This document shows positions 43,432 to 53,794 of a stretch of 64,000 bases of DNA, piece by piece. The notes below the pieces were generated by a model. It was not told the origin of the DNA. It saw nothing but the letters and a program-made list of their open reading frames with translations, and searched no databases. How positions within the stretch are numbered: the first letter of the stretch is position 1; every line of letters begins with the position of its first letter. Source of the stretch: Nannocystis bainbridge (lineage in GTDB: Bacteria; Myxococcota_A; Polyangia; Nannocystales; Nannocystaceae); contig NZ_JAQNDL010000003.1 of assembly GCF_028368995.1 (NCBI RefSeq), forward strand, positions 640,001 through 704,000, in the 5' to 3' direction. Both the position numbers and the translations under genes were made by a program.

Positions 43432-45119
43432 TTCGGTCCGACGACCTCGCCGCCGACGATCGTCGCGCGCACCGCGGCCGTGCGCAGCTCGAGCGGCGAC
43501 ATCTTCGTGATGTCGCCGGCGAAGCAGGTCAGGTCGGCCAGCATCCCCGGCGCCAGCGTGCCCGCCCACCGCTCGCGGCGGGCCGCGAACGCGGCCCCGC
43601 GGGTGAAGGCCGCCAGCGCCTCGTCCAGCGTCAGCCGCTGATCGGGCAACCACCCGCCGGGCGGCTCTCCCTGCGGGTCCTGGCGGGTGATCGCCGCGTA
43701 CAGCCCGAACGTCGGCTCGACCTCCTCGACCGGGAAGTCGGAGCCGAACGCCAGCGGCACCCCGGCCGCGAGGAAGCGGCGCCACGCGTACGCCCCCGCC
43801 AGCCGCTGCGCGCCGACCCGCTGCTCGGTCCACGCCATGTCGCTGGTCGCGTGGGTCGGCTGCATGCTGGCGATCGCCCCGAGCTCGGCGAACCGCGGGA
43901 TGTCGGCGAGGTCGACGATCTGCGCGTGCTCGACCCGCAGCCGGTGATCGGCCGGCGCCTGCGAGCCGGCCAGCGCCTCGAGCACCGCGCGGATGGCCGC
44001 GTCGCCGATCGCGTGCGCGGCCACCTGGTACCGGTGCGCCTGCGCCTGCGTCAGCACCGTCGCCAGCTGCCCCGGCGCGTGCTGGAACATGCCCGTGTGG
44101 CCCGGCCGATCGCTGTACGGCTGCAGCAGCGCCGCCCCGCGGCTGCCGAGCGCGCCGTCGACGTAGATCTTGACCCCCTGCAGGGCATAGCGATCGTCCG
44201 CGGCTGGCCGATCGGCCAGGTCGGGGAGGCCGTCGCCCAGGCGGAACCACGACTCGTCGGCGTAACCGACCATGCGCAGCTTGAGCAGGCCCTCGGCCGC
44301 CAGCTCGCGCAGCAAGCGATCGACATGGCGGGCCACGCCCATCTCGTGCACGCCGACCAGCCCGCGGGCCAGCGCGTAGTCCTGGGCCAGCAGCAGCCGC
44401 CGCCGCAGCTCCGGCTCCGGGGGCGCCGGCGTCGGCATCAGGTCCATCGCCGCGTCGATGAGCACCCCCGTCGGCTCGCGCCCTGACGGCCCGTCGCGCA
44501 GCAGCACCTCGCCCCCGGTCGGCACCTCCGTCGCCGCCGTGATCCCGGCCGCGCGCAGCGCCGCCGCGTTGGCCCAGCCGGCGTGACCGTCGACGCGGCG
44601 CAGCCACACCGGCCGCTCGGGGAACGCGGCCGTCAGCGGATCGTGGCCCGGCATGGCCGCGCCCTGCCAGAGGTTCTGGTCCCAGCCGCGGCCGGTGATC
44701 CAGCCGTCGGGCGGGGCGTCGCGGCGCACGCGTTCGACCACCTCGGCGATCGACCGCGCCCCGCGGAGATCGACCTCGACCAGCGCCGAGCCGAGCCCCA
44801 CCAAATGGGCGTGCGCGTCGGTGAGCCCCGGCACCGCGCTGCCGCCGGCCAGATCGATGACCTGTCCCCGGGGACAGTCGCGGGCCAGCGACTCGGCCGC
44901 GGCCCCGCGCGCGACCACTCGCCCGTCCGCCGCCGCGACCGCGCGCGTGATCGGCTCCCGCGGATCGCCGGTCCAGATCGTGCCGCCGCGGACGACCAGC
45001 AATCCCTTTCCCTGGTCCGGAGGACAGGTCGCACCGGAGCTGCGCCCGCCCGCACGGCACGCGATCAGCGCGGATGCCCCCGCGAGCCAGCTCCGGCGGC
45101 TCAGAAACCGGGCGCGCAC
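43428..45119 (-). CDS. YtcJ-like amidohydrolase (Amidohydro_3) with Tat-like signal
   Basis: PGLTDAHAH, DGH..WAN, K.YVDGALGSRGA, HAIGD, RVEHAQ, FGSDFP; SRRSWL signal; GGAGGG RBS before GTG. Confidence 0.9.
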   Translation of the reverse strand: MRARFLSRRSWLAGASALIACRAGGRSSGATCPPDQGKGLLVVRGGTIWTGDPREPITRAVAAADGRVVARGAAAESLARDCPRGQVIDLAGGSAVPGLTDAHAHLVGLGSALVEVDLRGARSIAEVVERVRRDAPPDGWITGRGWDQNLWQGAAMPGHDPLTAAFPERPVWLRRVDGHAGWANAAALRAAGITAATEVPTGGEVLLRDGPSGREPTGVLIDAAMDLMPTPAPPEPELRRRLLLAQDYALARGLVGVHEMGVARHVDRLLRELAAEGLLKLRMVGYADESWFRLGDGLPDLADRPAADDRYALQGVKIYVDGALGSRGAALLQPYSDRPGHTGMFQHAPGQLATVLTQAQAHRYQVAAHAIGDAAIRAVLEALAGSQAPADHRLRVEHAQIVDLADIPRFAELGAIASMQPTHATSDMAWTEQRVGAQRLAGAYAWRRFLAAGVPLAFGSDFPVEEVEPTFGLYAAITRQDPQGEPPGGWLPDQRLTLDEALAAFTRGAAFAARRERWAGTLAPGMLADLTCFAGDITKMSPLELRTAAVRATIVGGEVVGPK

Positions 45120-45218
45120 GTCGCCCTCCGTCGCTGTGGTCCAGTTCGGTTGCGCTGCATGCGAGGCGCAGCATAACCACCGCGGCCGCGCCGGACCACC
45201 GGCGCCAAGGAGACCGCG

Positions 45219-45536
45219 ATGACCTCCCTCAAAGACACCCTTGAAAACAGCATGCAGGAGCTCCGGACGCTGCGCGACGAGATCCGCGTCCGCCTCAACC
45301 TCGCCGGCAAGGAGGCCCGCGACCGCTGGGAGCAGCAGCTCGAGCCCCACGTCGAGAAGCTCGAGCAGCAGATCCGCAGCGCCACCGACTCCACGATCGA
45401 GTCGATCCGCGACGCCATCGAGCGCGCCCGCACCTCCTTCCACGAGTACCGGGCCCAGCTGACCCAGGGCAGCGCCGGCGGCGTCACCGGCGGCGGCGAG
45501 GAGCCCGACTTCTCCCGCGTCGACCCCAAGTCGTGA
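45219..45536 (+). CDS. Small coiled-coil hypothetical protein
   Basis: AAGGAG RBS; LRTLRDEIRVRLNLAGKEARDRWE motif. Confidence 0.8.
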   Translation: MTSLKDTLENSMQELRTLRDEIRVRLNLAGKEARDRWEQQLEPHVEKLEQQIRSATDSTIESIRDAIERARTSFHEYRAQLTQGSAGGVTGGGEEPDFSRVDPKS

Positions 45537-45623
45537 CGCCGCGCGCCGCGCCGGCGCGCTGAGAGGCAGGTCCTGCCGGACGTGCCCGCTCGAGCCCCCG
45601 GCCCGGTACCGGCGCCGACAGAG

Positions 45624-45700
45624 GGCATGTCCTCGCGGACATGCCCTCTCATTCATGGCTTCAAGCACATGGCGCGAAGGACATGTCCCTCGCGCCACGC
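45624..45700. repeat. 14-bp phased array, 5-6 units
   Basis: Cores at 45624, 45638, 45652, 45666, 45680, 45694. Confidence 0.9.
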
Positions 45701-45724
45701 AACTCACCTCACGTCACAGCTCGA

Positions 45725-46693
45725 TTACAGGTGCGGCTCGCCGTGCAGGTCGTCGAGGCCGAACAGCGCCTCCTCGAGCCCGAGGTCGAGCGCCTCCCAC
45801 GCGACGCCGGCGTCGTGCGAGCGGAGCACCACCCCGTGGTCGCCGACCGCCTGGCCCTGACCGTCGATCGCCAGGTGCAGCGCCCTCAGCGCGAGGCCCG
45901 GCTCGAGCAGCTCCTGGGCGCTGTCGCCGAGATTATCGTCGAGGCGGAGCACCACGCCCGCCGCGCCGACCGCGACCACCAGGTCGGCGGTGCGGGAGAT
46001 CCGTACCGCGTGCAGGTCGCGGCGCGTGGGCGTCGGCAGGCTCGACCAATGGGCCCCGCCGTCGTCCGAGCGCACGACCAGGCCGCCGGCGCCGACGGCC
46101 ACCATGCTCTCGCCGTCCGGCGTCACCGCGATGCCCGACAGCGGGCCCTCCGAGGTCGTGAACACCGGCTTCAGCACCTCGCCGTCGAGCTGCCAGATCT
46201 GCCCGCTCGCCGTCGTCAGCCACGCGTACGTCCCCTTGGCCGTCGTCGTCACCGAAGTGAAGTCGGCCTCCGCGTCGGGCACCGCGCGGAAGCTGTGGCC
46301 GTCGTCGTCGGAGCGCAGCACGATGCCGTCGCCGGCGATGTACGCCGGGGTCGTGCCCGACAGGATCACCGCCCGCAGCGGCGCGCGCGTGCCGACGTCG
46401 ATCGTCTTCCAGGTCTCGCCGCTGTCGTCGGTGCGCAGCACCACCCCGTCGTCGCCGACGGCCACGCCGGTCGCCTCGCCCTTGCAAGCGATCGCCCGCA
46501 GGTCGCCCTCGACCTCGAGCGGGTAGTACCAGACGTCGCCCTCGGGGTTGAGGCGGACCATCGTCGCGTCCTCGCCGACCGCCCACGCGCCGGAGCCGCC
46601 GGAGGTCGAGGTGTTCTTCTTGTCGTCGTCGTTACAGCCGACGAGCGGCGCCATCAGCACGAGGAGGATCGGGGTGAGCGCTCGGAGCTTCAT
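45725..46693 (-). CDS. YCF48/BNR-repeat beta-propeller lipoprotein
   Basis: Lipobox LVGC; repeated AVG..G.V.RS.DGG..W Asp-box motifs. Confidence 0.85.
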   Translation of the reverse strand: MKLRALTPILLVLMAPLVGCNDDDKKNTSTSGGSGAWAVGEDATMVRLNPEGDVWYYPLEVEGDLRAIACKGEATGVAVGDDGVVLRTDDSGETWKTIDVGTRAPLRAVILSGTTPAYIAGDGIVLRSDDDGHSFRAVPDAEADFTSVTTTAKGTYAWLTTASGQIWQLDGEVLKPVFTTSEGPLSGIAVTPDGESMVAVGAGGLVVRSDDGGAHWSSLPTPTRRDLHAVRISRTADLVVAVGAAGVVLRLDDNLGDSAQELLEPGLALRALHLAIDGQGQAVGDHGVVLRSHDAGVAWEALDLGLEEALFGLDDLHGEPHL

Positions 46694-46824
46694 GCTCCGA
46701 CGCTAACCGCCGCCCGACGGCCTCACAAGCAAAAATGCGCGGATTCGCCAGGCCCCGCAGGTGTCCCGCCCGGCCCCCACGCCCCGCAAACTCCGTTCTC
46801 TGGCCCGCTCGGGGCCACTTCAGG

Positions 46825-46866
46825 AGCATGACCATTCAGACATGTCTGTTCGGACATGCAGATGCG
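46825..46866. repeat. 14-bp phased array, 3 units
   Basis: Cores at 46825, 46839, 46853. Confidence 0.85.
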
Positions 46867-46951
46867 GCGCGGCGGAGGCGAACCCAGCGAACCCAGGCGT
46901 GACCCGTCGGCGAGAGTGATGCACGGCTCGCCGTCGCCGCGCGCGCGCGGC

Positions 46952-47512
46952 TCACTGACACACGGGGCCAGGGCCGTCGGCGATGGTGATGCACTTCTTG
47001 CCGTCGCCGCACTTGCCGTGCGGGCAGGGGATCCCACAAGTCTGAAACTTGGGGCCGCGCGGGCCGGCGACCCCGTAGTACTCGATGCAGGTCTCACCGG
47101 CGCCGCAGGTGATGTCGCCGCAGCGCGGACCGGCCTCTTCGGCGGGGCTCGGCGGGGCGCTGGCGGCCGCGAGGGTGACGCTGCCGTCGGACCACCACGC
47201 GCACTCGCGGGCCACGCAGCCACACTTCGCGCCGGCGGGGATCTGCACCTCGAGCGCGTCGCAGGTGCCCGGCGACGACTCACCCGCCGCACACACCTCG
47301 TCCGAGCAGCCGCCGCGATGACACGCCGCGTCGTCGCTGCAGTCGTTCTCGAGACCTGTCCCTTCGAACCTGGCGTAAAGGGCATGGTCCTTGGGCACCA
47401 GCAGGACCCGCGCGGGCTCGCTCTCGGCCGGCTGCGGCGACTCCGAGCCCTTGCAGGCGGGGGTGGCCACGAGGGCCGCGAGAGCGACGACGACGAGCGC
47501 GCGGAAGAGCAT
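46952..47512 (-). CDS. Cys-rich lipoprotein with eight-cysteine-cluster-like domain
   Basis: Lipobox TPAC; CSDDAAC..GGCS..VC...TC...CGC...C.W plus a second Cys-rich module. Confidence 0.8.
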   Translation of the reverse strand: MLFRALVVVALAALVATPACKGSESPQPAESEPARVLLVPKDHALYARFEGTGLENDCSDDAACHRGGCSDEVCAAGESSPGTCDALEVQIPAGAKCGCVARECAWWSDGSVTLAAASAPPSPAEEAGPRCGDITCGAGETCIEYYGVAGPRGPKFQTCGIPCPHGKCGDGKKCITIADGPGPVCQ

Positions 47513-47546
47513 CGGGCGGGAGCTTAGCACTCCGGCCCGGTCACGA

Positions 47547-49874
47547 TCACAGCGGCTCGCAGAAGCGGGCCAAGATCGTCTTCACGCCGACGCCCGGGAA
47601 GTTGATGGCGAGCTTGACGTTGCTGCCGGTGCCGTCCCAGCCGACCAGCGTGCCCTCGCCGTACTGGCGGTGGCGCACCGCCATGCCCTTGTAGAGCGCC
47701 GGCGCGTCGCCCCCGACCGCGGCCGGCCCCCGCCGCGCGGGCGCGGCCACGCCCTCGTCGTAGACGATGTCGCTGTTCCACGACGACTCGCGCACGGGCG
47801 CCGGCGCTCGCGGCGGCGCGCTCGGCAGCGACAACCCCTGCGGCACCGCCATCGCCTCGCGCCGGACCACCCCGGGCACCCGCCCGCGCACCGAGTCCGG
47901 CGGCAGGTCGCGCACGAACCGCGACGGCGTGCCGATGAACTCCTGGTTGTAGAGCCGCCGCCGCTTGGCCCACGTGATCACCAGCTGCCGCTTGGCCCGC
48001 GTGACCGCGACGTAGGCGAGCCGCCGCTCCTCCTCGATCTGCGCCCGCTCCTCGGGGCGCAGCCGCCGGCCCTCCTCGCGCGCCGCGTCCTCGCCCGCGA
48101 TCACGCGCGAGTGCGGGAACACCTTCTCCTCCATGCCGGTGAGGATGACCTTCTCGAACTCGAGCCCCTTGGCGCTGTGGATCGTCATCAGCCGCACGGC
48201 CCGGACCTCGCCGCGTCCGCCGCCGTCGGCGTCGGCGACCAGGCTGACCTGCTCGAGGTAGTCGGCCAGGGTCTGGTCCGGGTGCTCCTGCACGAAATCA
48301 GTCAGCGCGCCGACGAACTCGTCGAGGTTCTCGACCCGCGCCTCCGCCTCGTCGCTGCCCTCGTGGACCAGAGCGTCGCGATAACCTGTCCTTTCGAGCA
48401 CCTCGGTCGCGAGCTGACCGAGCGGCACCCCGGCGTGCAGACGCGCGGCGAGCTCGTCGATCATGGCGACGAACGCGTGCAGGCGCTTGGCCGCCGCGCC
48501 GCTGACCCCGGCCTCCTCGGGCGCGCGCGCGATCGTCAGCAGCGAGACGTTGCGGTTGGCCGCGAGCGCGGTGAGGCGGCCGACGGTGGTGTCGCCGATC
48601 CCGCGGGCCGGCTCGTTGACGATGCGGGTGAAGTCGAGGTCGCTGTTGGGGTTCTGCAGCAGGCGCAGATAAGCCAGCGTGTCCTTGATCTCCTTGCGCT
48701 CGAAGAACCCGAGCCCGCCGAAGATCGCGTAGCGCATGCCGCGGTCGGTCAGCTGCTGCTCGATCACCCGCGACTGCGCGTGCGTGCGGTAGAAGACCGC
48801 GATCTCCTCCGCCGGGATGTCTTCGTTGAGCGCGTCGAGGATCTCGTTGACGACGAAGCGGGCCTCCTCGCGCTCGTCCTCGCAGGCGCGCAGCGTCACC
48901 AGCGAGCCGTCGCCGAGCTCGCTCCACAGCGTCTTGCCGAGCCGGCCCTCGTTGCGGCGGATGATCGCGTCGGCGCAGCGCAGGATGTGGCCGGTGCTGC
49001 GGTAGTTCTGCTCGAGGCGGATCAGCTCGCAGCCGGGTCGCTGATCGGGGAAGCCGAGGATCTGCGACACGTCGGCGCCGCGCCAGCCGTAGATCGCCTG
49101 GTCGTCGTCACCGACCACGCACAGCTGGGCCCGGCCCGACAGCAGCTCGACCAGCCGCGCCTGGACCGGGTTGGTGTCCTGATACTCGTCGACGACGACG
49201 TGGAGGAACCGCCGCTTGAGCCCGATCACCGGGTCGACGTCGACCAACTGCGCGCCCGGCCGCGGCTGCTCCGTCCCGGCCTTTTCCAGCAGCTTGACCG
49301 CCAGCACCAGCAGGTCGCCGAAGTCGGCCGCGTCGGCGGCCCGCAGCAGCTCTTCGTAGCGGCGCCCGAGCAGCGCGACCAGCCGCGTCATGAAGCCCTC
49401 GAGCCCGAGCTGCTCGACCTGCGAGATCGTGAGCCCGCGGTTCTTGAGCTGATCGAGGTGGCCGAGGATCGCCCGCGGCTTGACCTGGTCCTCGTCGCGG
49501 TTCAACTCCTTGAACACGCGCTTCATCAGGCGGGTCTGGTCGTCGGTGTCGTAGATGGCGAAGTTGCGCGACAGCCCGACCGACTCGCCGTGGCGGCGGA
49601 GGATCCGCGCCGAGATCGAGTGGAACGTGCCGACCCATAGCTGCGACACGTCGACCTTGCCCTCGCACATCTTCTCCATGCGCGCGCGCATCTCGGCGGC
49701 GGCCTTGTTGGTGAAGGTGACGGCGAGGATCCGCCACGGCGGCACGCCCTCGTCCATGAGCGCGGCGACGCGGTGGGTGATGACGCGGGTCTTGCCGGTG
49801 CCTGCGCCGGCGAGCACGAGGAGCGGCGAGCCGCGGTGCTCGACCGCCGCCTGCTGGGCCGGGTTCAACTGCAC
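47547..49874 (-). CDS. uvrD: UvrD/PcrA ATP-dependent DNA helicase
   Basis: LAGAGTGKT, TFTNKAA, VDEYQDTN, VGDDDQAIY, LEQNYRS, TIHSAKGLE, EERRLAYVAVTRA, C-terminal Tudor-like domain. Confidence 0.96.
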   Translation of the reverse strand: MQLNPAQQAAVEHRGSPLLVLAGAGTGKTRVITHRVAALMDEGVPPWRILAVTFTNKAAAEMRARMEKMCEGKVDVSQLWVGTFHSISARILRRHGESVGLSRNFAIYDTDDQTRLMKRVFKELNRDEDQVKPRAILGHLDQLKNRGLTISQVEQLGLEGFMTRLVALLGRRYEELLRAADAADFGDLLVLAVKLLEKAGTEQPRPGAQLVDVDPVIGLKRRFLHVVVDEYQDTNPVQARLVELLSGRAQLCVVGDDDQAIYGWRGADVSQILGFPDQRPGCELIRLEQNYRSTGHILRCADAIIRRNEGRLGKTLWSELGDGSLVTLRACEDEREEARFVVNEILDALNEDIPAEEIAVFYRTHAQSRVIEQQLTDRGMRYAIFGGLGFFERKEIKDTLAYLRLLQNPNSDLDFTRIVNEPARGIGDTTVGRLTALAANRNVSLLTIARAPEEAGVSGAAAKRLHAFVAMIDELAARLHAGVPLGQLATEVLERTGYRDALVHEGSDEAEARVENLDEFVGALTDFVQEHPDQTLADYLEQVSLVADADGGGRGEVRAVRLMTIHSAKGLEFEKVILTGMEEKVFPHSRVIAGEDAAREEGRRLRPEERAQIEEERRLAYVAVTRAKRQLVITWAKRRRLYNQEFIGTPSRFVRDLPPDSVRGRVPGVVRREAMAVPQGLSLPSAPPRAPAPVRESSWNSDIVYDEGVAAPARRGPAAVGGDAPALYKGMAVRHRQYGEGTLVGWDGTGSNVKLAINFPGVGVKTILARFCEPL

Positions 49875-49883
49875 GGCCCGGGC

Positions 49884-50762
49884 CTATACCACGGCTTCGC
49901 GGACCGGCGCGAACGCGAACTCGACGCCACGGGCGTCGAGCTCGACCCGCACCTCGCGCCGCCGGCTGTCGCCGATGTCGCCGGGCTCGTCGACGATCCG
50001 CGCCGGACGCACCTGCTGCAGCACGACGGTGAAGCCGACCGCGGGCGCCCCGAGCGTCAAGGTCGCGGCGCGCCCGTTGCTGCGCCCGGCCTGGACCGCC
50101 TCGAGCCAGCGCGTGAACCCGAGGGCCTTGTTCTCCGCAAGCACCAGCGCGAGCCGTCCGACCGTCGGCGGCTCGACCCGACGCACGGTGTGGAGCCCGT
50201 CGTCGCCGGGCGGACGCTCGATGCGCTGGCGGATCGTGAGGCCCTCGATCCGCCGCACCTGGCTGCACGCCTCCTCGAGCCCGTCGATGTGCAGCTCGGG
50301 ATCGGTGGCCGGCAGCGGCCTGCGAGCCTCGATCGCCTCGCCGCCGAGGTGCCCGCCGTTGTAGCTGCGCCGCGAGCCGTGCAGGCTGAACTTGACGCCC
50401 AGCTTCAAGCTGTCCCGAAAGCCATATTCGTAGGAGGCCAGCGAGAGCTCGGTGACGACGCCGCCGGCGAAGCTGAGGCGGCTCATCTCGGCGGTGCCGT
50501 CGTCGGCGAGGATCACCTGGCCGCGCACCGGCGTCGGTCGGCTCGCCGTCATCGACGCCGCGACCCAGGCGTAGAGCTCGTGCGGCATGCCGGGCCAGCA
50601 GCGCAGCGTCAGCTCCTCGTAGCGGTCGATCCGGACGGGGCCCCCGAGCTCACCGGAGGTGAACGCACCCGAGACGTCGGTGAGCCACCCGCAGGGCTTG
50701 CCGTCCAACTCGAGCGCGTACTTGTTGGACGTCGGCCCGCGTTTGCTCGGCGCCGTCTTCAC
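49884..50762 (-). CDS. Phage tail tube (gp19/Afp1-5)-like protein, orphan
   Basis: YALELDG..CG.L..VSG...YEELTL...GM..ELYAW...RG.VIL.D...E..R..F pattern recalls the tail-tube fold; a second similar half follows. Confidence 0.5.
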   Translation of the reverse strand: MKTAPSKRGPTSNKYALELDGKPCGWLTDVSGAFTSGELGGPVRIDRYEELTLRCWPGMPHELYAWVAASMTASRPTPVRGQVILADDGTAEMSRLSFAGGVVTELSLASYEYGFRDSLKLGVKFSLHGSRRSYNGGHLGGEAIEARRPLPATDPELHIDGLEEACSQVRRIEGLTIRQRIERPPGDDGLHTVRRVEPPTVGRLALVLAENKALGFTRWLEAVQAGRSNGRAATLTLGAPAVGFTVVLQQVRPARIVDEPGDIGDSRRREVRVELDARGVEFAFAPVREAVV

Positions 50763-50885
50763 CGAATCACCGTCCCCCGGGGCCGACCTTAGCACGGGGA
50801 CGGCGCGCGCCGCCTAGCCCCAAAACCACGAGCCGACCGGCACCGCGGATCGCGGGCCGGGCGCGGCTTCGGGCCCCGGACGCGC

Positions 50886-52382
<1,497 letters not shown>

Positions 52383-52673
52383 AGCCGGGATGACCTCTTT
52401 ACCACGGCCGCGCCGTTCTAGCGAACCGCCGCCGCGAGCGCCGCGGCCTCCAGCGGCGCGTCTCGGTCCGTCCTCGCCCCGAGCTGCCGGCCCGTCACCG
52501 GCGGCGACCCAGGTCCGCGAACGCCCCGTGCAGCGATGTGCGCCACACCCCAGCGCGCGTGCGACGTGCGACGATCTCCTGCCCCCTCGCCCCGCGCCGC
52601 GTCATCCGCACGACCTCGCCTCGCCGCCGCGAGGGACGCCCGAGCCCGCGACGATCGCCGCGGGCTCGCCTCG

Positions 52674-53660
52674 TCACGCCGCCGCGCTGCCGTAGCTGCG
52701 CATGCTGAGGCGGGCGCGGTAGCGCATCGTCTCCTGCATCCACACCAGGTTGCCGCGGACGAACGACCCCAGGTCGGCGACGTAGCCGAGCACCGCCGGC
52801 GCGCCCAGGCCCTGGTAGTCGCGCAGGCTGGCCGCCAGCGCGTCGAACGCGTCCTCCTCGGCGCTCTGCATCGCCATCGCCCGGGTCAGCGCCTCGTCGA
52901 GCCCGAGGTTCTGGTCGGCCTGCAACACGAGCACGAGGTTGTGCGGGTTCTGCTCGACCATCTCCTTCTCGAGCGAGCCGATGTCGTTGGCCCAGCAGAT
53001 CGCGTTGTTGGCCAGCAGCTCGAGCTGTTGCACCACCACGTGCTGACGGACGTCGCCGAGCGACTCGTGGCGGACCAGCTCGATGAGGGCGAACACCACC
53101 CCGGCGGCGCCGGTGAAGGGCCGCATCTTCAGGTAGATCGGCAGCGCCGGTCGGAGCTGGTGCAGCAGGTTCCGCAGCTCCCACACGTTGCTCTGGAAGT
53201 AGCGCTCGACCTCGGCGACAAACCGCGGCATGAAGCCTTGCGCGGCCCACGCTGCGGTGCGCGCGCCCAGCTCGGCCAGCATGTGGACCAGCGGCTCGTC
53301 GTCGTCGAGCGGCGGGCTGCCGCGGAGCACCGCCGACATCCGCACCTGCGCATCGTGAAGACGCTTCAGCGGATCGGGGGCGGCGGCGACGTCGTCACAC
53401 AGGGCGTCGTCGTAGAAGAACAGCCAGGTGATCCAGTCGCACACGAGGCGCAGCTCGGCCAGCGGGGCCCGGGGCAGGCCCCGCGCGGCCAAACGGGCGA
53501 ACTTCGCCGCCTGCAGCTTGCGCAGCCGGCCCGGGCTCAGCGCGACCGCGGGGAAGAAGCGCAGCACCCACGCGATCCCCTCGCGCTCCACGAGCTCCGC
53601 ATACCGGTTGATCGGAGCAGCGTGCGGTTCAAAGATCGACGTCTGAAGCAGCGAGGACAT
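52674..53660 (-). CDS. Class I terpene synthase
   Basis: WLFFYDDALCDD aspartate-rich motif, R in LKMRP, NDIGSLEKE (NSE triad), WMQETMRY. Confidence 0.9.
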   Translation of the reverse strand: MSSLLQTSIFEPHAAPINRYAELVEREGIAWVLRFFPAVALSPGRLRKLQAAKFARLAARGLPRAPLAELRLVCDWITWLFFYDDALCDDVAAAPDPLKRLHDAQVRMSAVLRGSPPLDDDEPLVHMLAELGARTAAWAAQGFMPRFVAEVERYFQSNVWELRNLLHQLRPALPIYLKMRPFTGAAGVVFALIELVRHESLGDVRQHVVVQQLELLANNAICWANDIGSLEKEMVEQNPHNLVLVLQADQNLGLDEALTRAMAMQSAEEDAFDALAASLRDYQGLGAPAVLGYVADLGSFVRGNLVWMQETMRYRARLSMRSYGSAAA

Positions 53661-53794
53661 CTTGGTTCCGAAGAGCAACCCCTGCGGTGATCCATCCCAA
53701 CCCATGCCAAGCTTATCCCGTGATGATGCCACTTCATGGCACGACTCGCAGCCGCTTCAACCTCACCATTCGGTGGTGATATACTTCTGCACAG

